From NCBI GenBank assembly GCA_040954595.2, contig CM082591.2, positions 5,611,009 to 5,675,008 of the forward strand: a stretch of 64,000 bases of DNA, written 5' to 3'. The DNA is from Balanoglossus misakiensis. Lineage: Eukaryota > Animalia > Hemichordata. Under the pieces are notes generated by a model that was given only the letters and a program-made list of their open reading frames with translations, searched no databases and was not told where the DNA came from. Both the position numbers and the translations under genes were made by a program. Positions 26,141 to 37,958 of this stretch are shown here, piece after piece (the first letter of the stretch is position 1; each line of letters opens with the position of its first letter).

Positions 26141-26504
26141 GGTATAGTATCCGCGCGGGAACAAATTTCAGTTCAATTCTTAGCTCTTTTAAAATGTATG
26201 CTGGGAGGCTTCTTTGAAAATAAGAAAACAAGTAATGTGTTCGCAGCCTTGTTTTGAAAAAAAAAACCCAAATCAATCCTTTAAATTTTCTCCATAGAGT
26301 TAACACAAAGATTGGCGGCCATTTTGAATTTCAAATGTGAGACAATTTGAGGCAATTTAGATTTCTCACTCAAAATTTTGCACGGTGACCCAATATTTGT
26401 TCTCAATTTCAAGACAGAATAATAAAAATAATTCCTTGAGCAAAATATGAGAAAAAGTTTTGATTGTCGATAAAATGTGATTATTTGTGAAGAACCCACT
26501 AAAT
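26141..26504. mobile_element. Degenerate TTAA-flanked (Kolobok-like) interspersed repeat
   Basis: TTAA-GGTA start and TTAA at 26505. The internal ctccatagagttaacac...ggcggccattttgaatttcaaat...ttttgcacggtgacc resembles an abundant acorn-worm repeat (from recall, unverified). Confidence 0.45.
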
Positions 26505-28149
26505 TTAAAACTGGCTACAAATTTCTCACCACATGAAAGAAAAGTTCCATTTTACCCAGTTCATTATCATTTCCATGTATATATATGACCTTGCCCGATA
26601 AAAGGCTTTTTGTATTGGAATAATTTGCTTGAGCAAAGTCAACCAATTACTTCTGCCAGGTGATATGTAAAGTACATCATTAATTATTCATGCAAATCGA
26701 GGCCATGAGGGCCATGTTTATGGATAGAGACTTAAGTCTCAACCTGGGGGTGTTTTTCTATGAACTTGAACCGCGTCTTGTATTTTATCACGTATGCCGA
26801 TCTGATGAGTGATTGTTATCTTTTGGAACAAAATCAAAAGTGACTTCAACTTGGATGATGAGCATTGGTATGGTATTGACGATTTACTTGCAAAATAGAC
26901 CGTCAATGTTTTCTTTACTATTGTACATTTGCTGTTCAGTTAAACGCCCCTGAACTGCAATTCTCTGAAAGTTGTTGACCGCAAATTTCTGATCAATTTT
27001 CTCAGAACAACATCAAATGGAACCAGCCTTTCACTATCAGTTTTTGAAGAATCGAAAATATGGCGACAGTAGCAATAGTGATTTGTTATTGTGTTGCTTT
27101 GAATGCCAAACACGATAAACTAATCAACTGCAACGGCAAACAAGTTACAATGTATATCAAACGATTACACTCGGGCTGATCTGGGTACACCCAAGGCATT
27201 GTAAGCCCGGTCACGTCGGTGTCTTTCAAGAACTAATAAAATACTTAAGCCGGTATTTGAAGATATTCCTCATTTCATCAGCTCTTATATTGCTTCCGTC
27301 GAAGACATGGCTGGCTTGATCTTCCTTCCTGTTCAAGTGTGATGTTGTTCGCAATCGATACCGACCTGTAGTCGAGCACCTTGTCTTGTCGGCCACAGGC
27401 TTCTGCTAAGTAAATCAGCTGTTTTTTATCATCCATAAATACAGTTGAATGAACATTTATAACAATCTATTTCAAATGCACCTACGTTTCAAACCTTACT
27501 TTTAACACGGACGTAGTGTTCCATGCCAGTGTTTTCAGTGCAGTTACTTTTGCGCGGGAAATTTGTCAAATCAGAGTCTTTGGTGTTCGTGTGATAATTG
27601 TCTTAAAATATGTATTAACTTCGTGCTAGGGGGTCAAATGACATTGTTATTATAATAGCATTGTGGGTAGAAAGGCCGACAACTCACTGTATTTAAAAAG
27701 TTTGAATAAATGTATGTTAATATTTCCTTTGCAAACATTTCTGTCTTTGAAGTCAGAATGTAGAATCATTGAATGGTTTTCACATTGTTTTATATTTTGT
27801 ACTACGAATTAAATTTCTAAATTCACAATCACTCAATGTCTTTTTCTGAGTTTCAATATCGCATCGTTTGTGCCGGGGTGGGGTTGGGGTGATTGGGTGG
27901 GGATAAGTGCTAATCTGGTCATCAAATATCCGTACGTCAAAGGGTAGGTAGTTACAACTTTTGATATTTCCAGTATGAATAATTAACTAGTTTCTTGTTG
28001 TCGCTACAGCATGTTTAAATACCAAGTATGAATATGTGTTTCTGTTGTTGTTGTTGCTGTTATTGTTGACATATACAGGTACTTTATGTGATAGACTTTG
28101 TAAAAAGCAATGTTTCGTTGCAATTCTTTATTTTCTTTATTTTGATTAG

Positions 28150-28233
28150 TAAATAAATAAATAAATAAATAAAAATAAATAAAGAAATGAATAAACAACA
28201 AACAAACAAACAAACTAAATACTGACTGAATAA

Positions 28234-28268
<35 letters not shown>

Positions 28269-28272
28269 ATAC
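28150..28272. repeat. (AAAT)n/(AAAC)n microsatellite
   Basis: Directly visible. Confidence 0.93.
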
Positions 28273-28631
28273 TAGGCATGTTAACACGTTATAGGAATGA
28301 AAATATTATCACAAGTTACAGCCTTTGAGTCATTTCTTGAAGCAACCCCACTTTACATTCCATATCTTATTTCCCTGTTAATAGCAACATGCTCAATAAT
28401 GCATCAATTATTCTTAGATGGAGATATTAAAAACAGATGTCGCGAATTCTCATTTTGGTTCTCTTCCATTTTAGTTCACCATATCTGGATGACATGGGCG
28501 ATCCTTCAACAGGCTCTTATATTTGAACATTAATCCTATAGTTTGATGGATGAGGCGGTGTTTTCCTTACGAATTTCTGATAGAGCAAAGTAATGCAAAT
28601 GAATGCTTAACAATCATTTGCATTAGTATAT

Positions 28632-30095
28632 TGTTATGGAATTGCCATTCCATGTGATTTATTATTTTGGCAGGGTGTTTTTGTATGGTTTCGCTTGCGT
28701 GGTAGTGATGCCATGGTGACCGTTACTGGGCTGACCTTTATGTCTGACCAGCAACGGTTGGAGGGGTTTCCCCATCTCGCCCTTAGTGATGCACCAATCA
28801 GAAGTGCGTTCTGGGTCACGCGATTAGTCTGTCTACGTGTACAATGTACTTGGAGAGAATTAGCATGGATCTGTTGGAGAAGGAGCGTGAAGCTTCGGCT
28901 CTGTGCAACTTTTCCTGCTTAGTGCTGTTTTATCCAACCGGACAGCCAGCCCCGGGTCACCGACCGCGAGATGTAAAACGTGTTTACCTTAGCAGCTCGG
29001 TGTGGGCCGATATTTTCGTCAAGACGCGTACTTTCCGGCGAGTTCCGACCGCCGTGTCTAGAGACAGGGCTGTTTGTGAGAGGCTCGCGCGGCTGGGTCC
29101 GCCCAACCAGTTTTCAGAGCTTGACCGTTCGGGTTTCCATCACAATTGGTGGCATCTGCGGGATTGTTAGGGCAACTTTGGTTCAGTAGCCCCTTTCGAA
29201 TATTCGCCTTGAAGGTCTAGTTTGGTCGATGAATGTAGTTTCTTGAGAACCGTTCGTTGTATTTTTGTGTGCAAAAGAGGCCACAAGAGTTTGGGGGTGT
29301 GTTGAACTCTGGGCACCGTACTCCTCACGGGATCTGTTAACGCAGGTCAGCGCAACACATTCCCTCAGGCTTTTGTATCGCCTTCTTTTGCTGTGTTTTG
29401 AGGGCCCGGCCATACAGTGTTCATTTAGGCATACGTCGTCCGACCAGATGTATCTCTGTGTCGACGGCCCGATTTGAGAAAGCATTATGTCTGGTAAATT
29501 GTATGATGGCTACTTATTTGGGGGCCCGGGTTTGGGGATTCGAATTCGCTTGCTGTGGAAACGCAGCTGTTCCGCCGGAGGGGATAATATGCTAATTACC
29601 CGGCGGACAGCTGCGGACCAACTCCCATACTAAATTGGAAGATTGAGCGGCCCACTGGTTCGCAAGATTTGAATGGCAAAATTAAAAGTAAACTAACTGG
29701 ACATGATTCAATATAACGACCTGTACCAGCCTGAACTCAAATTATTTCTGGTCCCAAAACGCCTTTCGTTAAGAAATTCACTGTCTGTCAAGGAGCACAC
29801 AAAATATCACTCCGGCAGCGAACTTTGACCCTCACTCACCAACAGCTTGCGAGGTCCTCATTAGCATATTATTATCAGTCGCTTCCAGCAGGTTGTGCTT
29901 GAGTTTCTCAATGACCTTTGTGCAATTCTAGGTCAATGGTTTGGCATTACACACATGCACGATGTTTATAGACTTTCAGTGAAAACAATTGTACATGGTG
30001 GAATCCAGTCTCGGCTGTTTGTGAGAGGCTTGCACAGGTCCGCCTATATACGCGCTACCTGTTTTCAGAGGTGGCGCATTGGGGTTTCCATCACA
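28632..30095 (+). mobile_element. Decayed Gypsy-type LTR retroelement: 5' LTR 28632-29144, PBS 29147-29164, short internal remnant, diverged LTR end at 30095
   Basis: LTR bounded by inverted TGTTATGGAA...TTCCATCACA. TGGTGGCATCTGCGGGAT lies 2 nt downstream and resembles the tRNA-Leu PBS TGGTGGCAGCGGTGGGAT. The U5 end recurs at 30014-30095. Flanks atat/acat are a possible 4-bp TSD. Confidence 0.75.
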
Positions 30096-30176
30096 ACATC
30101 ACATGCTAATGCATTTCCAAATGCACTGTTTTTACCCTATTTTGGAAATTTTGTCACAGGGTTCAACCTGGCTAGT

Positions 30177-31958
30177 TTTTAGGTCCCATGTTGGTATATA
30201 TAAATATCATGGGACCTTATGGAATCAGTTGCGTCTGTATGTATGTATGTATGTTTGTATGTCTGTCCACATCAAAAACTTGAAAACTGCTAGGCATATC
30301 ACCTCAATACTTGGTTTGCAGATGCAAGCTGGGCTGTAGATGGGAGTTTGTTCAAATGAATTGTCATAACCCAAAATATGCAAATTAGCTGGGAAAATTT
30401 GAAACTGAACAACTACTGGTTATATTGATTTGAAAATTGGTATGCATATACCTCATTTTAACCTGTATGATTTGAGCTAAAAGTGAAATTTCTATTTTTA
30501 TGCATTTTTTTGTCTTTTTCAAAATTATTGGTAAAAAATCTATTCTGGAATTGATCAGTCGACTTCTTTAAAATTTAGTTTAGAGCTTCATTATATAGAT
30601 GATCTGAGTTAGCATAGTTTAGTTTAAATTGTTGCCAAATTTGCATATTTATAATTTTGGAGCAATTTTTCTCATTTTAATTGATTTTTTCTCTCTCTAT
30701 AACTGCTTGTCAGATTGCTTTTAAATTTGGTAGGCATGTTCCTAGGGATACTCCAAGTAAGATTTGCATGTATGTTTTACAAATCAAGAATTCAATTCAA
30801 AACTCTTTCTCCGAACCTCTACCCCCTTTGCTTTGAAATTTGAATTGAAGTTTCCTGTATGAGTTGTTGTGATGATTAGGTCCCATTGGTATAGGCCTAT
30901 ATACCATGGGACCTTATGGGATCGGTTGCGTCTGTATGGATGTATGGATGTATGTATGTCTGTATGTCCGTCCACATCAAAAACTTGAAAACCGCTGCGT
31001 GTATCACCTTGATATTTGGTGTGCAGATGCAGGCTGGGCTGTAGATGAGAGTTTGTTCAAATGAAGGTGTCATCGCCAAAAATATGCAAATTAGCTGGAA
31101 AAATGTGAATTTGGTCAAAACTCAGTAACTCAAGAAGTACTGGTCAGATTGCTTTGCAAAGTGGTATTTACTTTATTGAGTTGTTTTAATTAGGCAGGAA
31201 CTCCCTTCTGTGTTTCATATAAACACAGCAAATTCCTGAATGATTACATAACTGGCCAAGTTTTATAGAGGCCAGCTGTTCTATTTAGTGTATGTACAGT
31301 ACATATGCCATTGGCAGCTTATGGGTCAGTCAGTGTTTGCCCATTGATATCTCTCTATGTGTGTGTGTGTGTCTGTATATGGCCATGTACTCCGGTGTAG
31401 ACTTTTTCTTGTGTAATAACTCAATGGGACCGCCGTGTCCTTGACGCGATTTTTTAGAAATCCGATGAATGTGTCAATGTTTTGTGAAGGCAATATCTTG
31501 TAGTTTGGGGCATATTTTTTTTTTTTAATTTTGATAAAAATGTCTTTCTCTGAAAGTGTATGGTTTATTACTTAAAAATTTGAATTGTTAGTTAATGAGA
31601 TTGGCTTCTTTAGAATTATAATGGAATCAAATCATACTTAATTCAGAACTTTTATATTTTGTAGGATATTTTGTCTTGTACCACAAAAAAATTACCAGTC
31701 CATAATTCATTGTAATAAAAGAAGAACCCCTACTGAGTTTTGTACAAATAGCAAATTTCTGCATGTTTACGGTAAACAACTGGCTAACTGTTAAAGAGAC
31801 CAGCTGTTCTATTTGGTTTACCCATTGGCAGCTTATGGGTCAGTCAGTGTTTGCCCGTTGATCTCTCTATGTGTGTGTGTGTGTCTGTATATGTACTCTG
31901 GTATAGACTTCTTGTGTAATGCCTAAATGGGACCACCGTGTCCTTGACGCAATTTTTT
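30177..31958 (+). mobile_element. Helentron-associated interspersed element (HINE/DINE-1-like), outer copy
   Basis: T-run, subTIR aggtcccat with nearby inverted atgggacct, (GTAT/GTCT)n tract; 3' atgggacc, hairpin cgtgtc-ctt-gacgc and T-run at 31927-31958. Confidence 0.8.
30876..31455 (+). mobile_element. HINE, inner copy of the same family
   Basis: Same 5' subTIR/IR/microsatellite at 30876-30975 and same 3' subTIR, hairpin and T-run at 31424-31455. Confidence 0.8.
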
Positions 31959-32218
31959 CCCCCACGTCCCGCCGGAGGGAAACACTGACTGGTCCCTTGT
32001 GGCTAACGTGCCAGTCACTGGTCGCCATCTTCGTTGATGAGACAATGCATTCCTCATTGACAGAAAAGAATAATGAATGCAACCTCCATCTCAGTAATTG
32101 TCGCTCTCTTCAAATTCTAGTGTCAGTAAAGGAGGCCACGGGATATCATAAGGACCTTGATCAGTCTAGTTATAAGACTCTCTTTGTTGGCAAATTTAGA
32201 AAGACAAGTGTGTAATAC

Positions 32219-32593
32219 CACAGGGAGCGCCCCTCCTTGTTCTTACACTAGTGTATTGAATGTGTTTTGTTATGGATTGATAAAATAAACAGAAAAAATA
32301 TTTATTTGCTTGTTTGTTTGTTTACAAAAAAAAAATGTTTGCTTATTTGTTGTTATTAGACTATGGTTTATTCAACGGTTAGTCTATGATATAGGGAGTG
32401 ATGATTAGGGGTAAAGTGACCCTAACTGTTGAATATACCTGACCTGTTAATAAACAAACAAATATATAAATAAATATATAAACAGACAACGTGACCATAA
32501 TTGAAAAAATAACACATACATTGTTCTTGTTTTATTTTATTAATCAATAACAACACAAACTCAATACGAACAAGGGGGTGAGAGCCCCCTGTG
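32219..32593. mobile_element. Foldback MITE with 7-bp TSD, P/Galileo-like
   Basis: CACAGGG...CCCTGTG termini, long imperfect inverted arms, flanks GTAATAC (32212-32218) and ATAATAC (32594-32600). Confidence 0.75.
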
Positions 32594-33540
32594 ATAATAC
32601 CACCAGCATAGCTTGAAACATTCCGCTAAAACCACTACAGGGATGAGTAAAACTTACAGGCAACACGCTCCTGTTAGCTAGGTGTTGGTGTGCTCAAAAC
32701 ATCACTGTATTGCTAGTGTCGCTCTTGATTACAGTGCAGTTACCAAAGCAAAGCAAGGGATGGAATTCGAAGCAGGCAAGATTTCAAAAGAACCCAGATC
32801 AATGCATAGCCTACATGAACGTGAGACATTGTGTTTTAAAGATCTAAAATTAGCTGATGACTTGGTCTCAGAGCTGAAGGCATCTCCTAATGGCAAAATT
32901 AAAGTAGTCGTCGGGCCTTGGTAAAATAACACTACATGTAGCCGAACTAGCTTTAATGACATAAACGGTTTTGTAAACGGTATGTCGTGACTCCAAGCTT
33001 TTGGTCATAACATCATCACTGCAATTTGGCATCACCATCAATAGGGTGGTTGTGTCAATAGAGATTGCATATTACAACATCTGAAACTCTCAGCGGGGAA
33101 TTGAATCAACTGCATAGAAAATAGGACACGTTATTATTGTTCTCCAAATAATGCATTTCCTTGGAGCTTAACATTTCCAGTATAATTGTCTAACTTGTAA
33201 TTTTCAATCAAACTGGATATGAAGTGAATGTGATGTATTTTTGAAAACAACAGTGCAATTTTATAGCAATACATTTTCATGATTGTAAAATGTTCTGCCT
33301 GTCCCAGCACCTGTATGTACAGGCCTGCACACAGTGCTATGAACACAAACCAGTGAAAGGGCCTGGTTGATTTTGTATCTATTATAAACACAAATTTTGG
33401 TTTTTACACCTCTATCATGTAAATTGGCAGATTTTTGTGAAAGTATACACAAGTGAATAAGAGCTTTGCCATGTTGACTCAGAACTAGCTACAGCTCTGT
33501 TCACACAAACACTTCATAGTAGGCCCTATAATAGAATTAA

Positions 33541-33728
33541 AGGGACAAAATTTCTCTCTTGTTGCCCCTTTTCCATTAATTATGTTTGATACCAGACACC
33601 ATTTATGTTATTCCACATGCATGTGAATATATAGTGAATCAATGTTTACCACACACAACTTTCATCCAGTTTGTAAGATATGAGAGTAAAAATCTTCCCA
33701 TAATGTATAAACAGTAAACACAGATTAA
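33541..33728. mobile_element. MITE family A, left half
   Basis: TTAA-agggacaaaatttctctc...; truncated after the centre. Confidence 0.88.
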
Positions 33729-34083
33729 TAGTAATAGTGACCAATGAGAGGCAACACATTTTGCTGCATGAAAACCAATGGATCTCAGGAGCTCTCGAAG
33801 GCGCACTTAAGTGGCATCAAAACAGCTGCAGATACTTGTGGATGAGCAATCATAACACCACTTGAAAATGCCTCTTTCTGTATACGTTTGATTTTAAGAT
33901 GTTCTCTTTTGGTGTTTATCGATTAGCGGTCGTGATCCAAAGTCCATTTGAAGTTGAAATCGATGATATCAGCTGTTTGTGGTTTTCTCCAAATGAAGGT
34001 GATAGTGAAGGAGTAGGCAGATTTATTTGTTTTAATTTTTTTTTAAACTACGGAAATATCACGCTAAGAACATTATACCAATG

Positions 34084-34745
34084 CAGTATGCTAACGCTAT
34101 TAAAGGATTATTTCAGAAAAATTCATGTGACTATATTTTCCTGCCATAATCACTAATTAATCAATTCTGTGTTGACAGATTGTCCTTCATATGCATCACA
34201 GGTCATCATAGCACAGTTATGTTTTTGCTGTAGAGTGGTGAATTGAAAAATCTTCTAGCGATATGAAATATTTATTAAGAAAAGCATTGTTATGTCTCCA
34301 GTACAAAAATAGTTTTGTGAACTCTCACGCTACCTTGAATTTCAACACACTCATGCTCAAGGGAAGAAATAGTGCAAGAAAAGTGCATTCAGATAAAACT
34401 ACAAAAAGACCTGTATAACAATATCACAGTATGCCAACGCTATTGATATTAAAGGATTATTCCTGAAATATTCACCTTAAAGATAAATCATGTGACTATT
34501 TTTACTGGCATAATCAATTCTCATGTGTTGACAGATTGTCCTTCATAGATATTACAGGTCGTCACAGCACACTTATGCTTCTTGCTATAGAGTGGTGAAT
34601 TTGAAAATTTTCCAACAATACAAAACAATTATTAAGAAAAACATTGTCACATCACCGGTACAAAAATAGACCTAGAATTTCAGCTGGTCATCGAAAGAAA
34701 ACTGCATTCCCATAAAACTACAAAAAGACCTGTATAACAATCTCA
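34084..34745 (+). repeat. Old tandem duplication, two ~320-340-bp copies
   Basis: Shared blocks cagtatgcyaacgctatt, tgtgttgacagattgtccttcata, tagagtggtgaatt and ataaaactacaaaaagacctgtataacaat occur in both 34084-34426 and 34427-34745. Confidence 0.9.
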
Positions 34746-35914
34746 ACATATTGTTGCACAAAACACTTTCCAAAAAAATGTTTCACAGTGTAATTTTGTC
34801 AACACAGCTATAGACCCATTGGGAAGTATGTGTGAAAGATGTATGAATGCACCCTCTTTCAAAAACAGCCGAGGTCAATCGACGTGTGACGTAAAACAGT
34901 TGCACTGTCACAAATATGAAATTATGAAGGAACCCGTTCGATGCCAGTGGCACTTGAACTGTGGGCCGAATGACGTCATCAGTGGTTTCAAAATGCTCTT
35001 GAGCATCGCATACGACACAGGCGGTACTTAGTGTTTAAACTAAAAATATATTCAAGTCCTTCTGTCGGCATTTCTCCTACACATGTTCATTGCACATGCG
35101 CTTAAAGCGCAACCCCCTTTTGTCGGTGCAAGTTGTCAATTTTTTTTAAAGTTTCGACTGAGCTCGCTTTTGTATTCCTTTTGTAACTTGAGCTCACTTG
35201 GAATATTGCAACATTCTAGCTCTCCTTTCATGTAATATAACTCGTGCAGGCATAGCTGTCAAAGTCGCATACTCTATACGCATGCGTCAATTCTGCATGA
35301 CTATAAGACTTTTTCCTCAACACCATCAGCATACCATGCGATAGAATGACATTGTCATTGCCAAAAATATGCAAATTGTAGGGCGAGTTATTTGGTTCGA
35401 AAATGTTCACACAGACTATTCCAACTGAACAAATGTCTTCCATTGACCCACAGAATTTCGACCGTCTATGATGTAACTGACTTATCGAACTTTCATAGGT
35501 CAGTACAAGCTTATGTCAACTGTGAATTGAAAAGGCGTGGGAACGTAATTCAATTACAGCTATTTACACGCGAGAATTACCTCAGACGAGTTTCATGGAA
35601 AGCGATTACTTTAATACGAGTGTACCAGCAGTGTGATGTGATACCCCCTATTAACTTGTAATTTTACCGCAGTGTCAACATTTAGTTTCAAATCGTGTGG
35701 GAATGGTGTTCTGTAAGGGAAACGAGCCAAGTGGGTGGAATTTCAGGATTCAAGAACCACTCCAGTTATACATCGCAAATTAGATATACTTTAAGTTACT
35801 CTTACTGAAAATGTTCAGTATTCTTGTTCTGCGTATCCCCTTGAGGCATAGCATTGGAAAATTGAGGTGGAGTCCGGACTTGAATTCATATCTCTCAGTT
35901 ATAACGGTTGTTAA

Positions 35915-36096
35915 AGGTATACGGTCACCTATGGAAATTTAGCTACAGTTACCATGGTAAACATGAGATCTATCCAATCACAGAGTTTTAGTGGGTGGCA
36001 GACACGAAAAAAGAGCGCCACCATATTTTCTTCAAATACACCATGTCAGCCATATATGGGCGTATTCAAATTGGAGGTGACTGTAGGCCTTTACCT
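35915..36096 (+). mobile_element. TTAA MITE family B, copy 2
   Basis: TTAA-aggtatacggtcacct...ggtgactgta...acct-TTAA. Confidence 0.9.
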
Positions 36097-36604
36097 TTAA
36101 GCTTACACATGTACAGGCAAAGTTGATGTGTAGTATAATTCTCTCATTAGCGAAGAAATTCTGAGTAATACTCAACTGATCCATATGTTTGAATGTTAAT
36201 CATGTAAATCTAAAACAAAACAAAATAGATGCTTTTCTGCTCATTGCGAGATCTCGCGAGACTTGGCTAAATACCGTAGCAATGGGTTCCTAGTAGCCAA
36301 TCAATACAAAGCAAGCTTTGTATGCCACTAGAAATAGGGTGCAGAGTTTATCAAATATATCTCGCGAGACTTCATTTGTTCCTTAGAACATTTTGTATTT
36401 GTTTCCATCGGGGGTAGCCATGTTTGGCGCCAAGTCATTAACTGCTGTTCGGAATGAAGCCAACTAACTGACTGGTACACTGAACTCGATGCAATGGAAG
36501 CCATACTAGCGGGAACTCTTTATATACGGAATGCTATCGGGTATAATCCGTACAGTATCAGACTGTATTGGTCCTTCAGTTGAAGTGGGCCATGTTTAAC
36601 GTTG

Positions 36605-36649
36605 ACACAACACAACACAACACAACACAACACAACACAACACAACACA
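36605..36649. repeat. (ACACA)n pentanucleotide repeat
   Basis: Directly visible. Confidence 0.93.
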
Positions 36650-37747
36650 GCTTAGGTAATCTTCATGTTATCGACCATTCTCGCAAGCCAGAGCCGACCG
36701 TGTTTCCGCTCCGCGGAGCTACGCAAAAAACGGGCTCTGGCAGATTACAGTAGGGAACCCCGGAATTTAGGACGTAGACTAATGAATTATTCATGAGAAA
36801 CGACATTGGAATTAGCCAATCAGTAGTCGTTTTATCGCGAGCTCTTCGGCTGCTGTCAGCTTTAAATCCGCCATTTTGCACTGTCATTTAAATAAGTTAT
36901 GCAGTTTTATGAGACGGGCTCTCTGATTGGTTCCTTTGTCTGGCTGCTGGAACTGACGCTGGGATCCGCGAAAACCTTCCAAATCCACCACGGCCTGTTG
37001 GCGGTAGCGCGTAGCAGTTGCCGTAAACAGGTCGTGGTTTTACGACGATGGTTATCGACTGTAAAACAATGTAAATAAGCAAGACTTGGCTAAATACTGT
37101 AAGGCATAGCCAAGACGCTCAATTTGTATGACCAGTTTGTATCAACCGCAGGGACCTCCATCCTAGCCTATCCACCAATATTCTATAATGTGATCCCTGA
37201 TAGCTTATTGATAATGTTTGCACGATCTATTATAAGAATGTTGTCGATAAAGAGAATATATAGCTGTATCGGAATGACTTCGAATCTTTTCTAGGCATTT
37301 TTGATCCTGTGCATAAGACTTAATTACGTTCTGACCACCGTCATGGTTTCATTTTTGGTGATTATTTGTGGGGGTCGAACCGACGACCCATTTCCAACAA
37401 GGCACATGTGTGGGACTTAGTCAATGAGGGATACTGCCATGATCTTTCCAGATAAGCTGCCGGTGCAATTCTGTGGAATTTAAAATAACTTAGCACGTCA
37501 ATGCTAAGTCACGACAATGCATTGCGCGTGTACTCATCAGAACAGGCAAACAAGTGATTTGTGATCATAGTCACTGTCTGGATCTGTAGTCATGACAACG
37601 CTGTTTTATTACCAGTGCAAACATCACAGCAGTTCATAGGCAGTGCTGAATGTTGTGCTTAATGTATGCGTACTTTCTCTGTATTTCGTTATATGAGGAA
37701 AGACACGAACTGTCACAGAAATTATGGTAAAGAACCACATAGACAAA

Positions 37748-37958
37748 ATGAGAGAGAGAAGAGAGAGATGGAAGAAGAGAGGGGTTGGGAGAGAGAGAGG
37801 TCGGGAGAGAGTGAAGAGATAGCGAAATAGAGGAGATAGAGAAGTGAGAGAGAGAAGAAAGGAGAGGGAAGGAAGGAGGGGAGGGAGGGAGGGAGAGACA
37901 AGCAGACAGACAAAGAAAGCGAGAGAGAATTGACAGACATAAAGAGAGACACAGAAAG
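37748..37958. repeat. Polypurine (GA-rich) low-complexity tract
   Basis: Directly visible. Confidence 0.9.

Noticed and set aside
29068-29146. Conserved-block hairpin considered as an H/ACA or C/D snoRNA, miRNA or ribozyme
   Set aside because: No H box, recognisable target or catalytic core. Its position directly before a PBS identifies it as an LTR U5 end.
32682-32924. 80-aa ORF with protein-like composition and nearby AG/GT sites
   Set aside because: No recognisable homology and weak splice signals.
37366-37392. Pol III B-box-like GGTTCGACCCC on the minus strand (weaker ones near 7273 and 10585)
   Set aside because: No A box or cloverleaf; cannot support a tRNA or SINE call.
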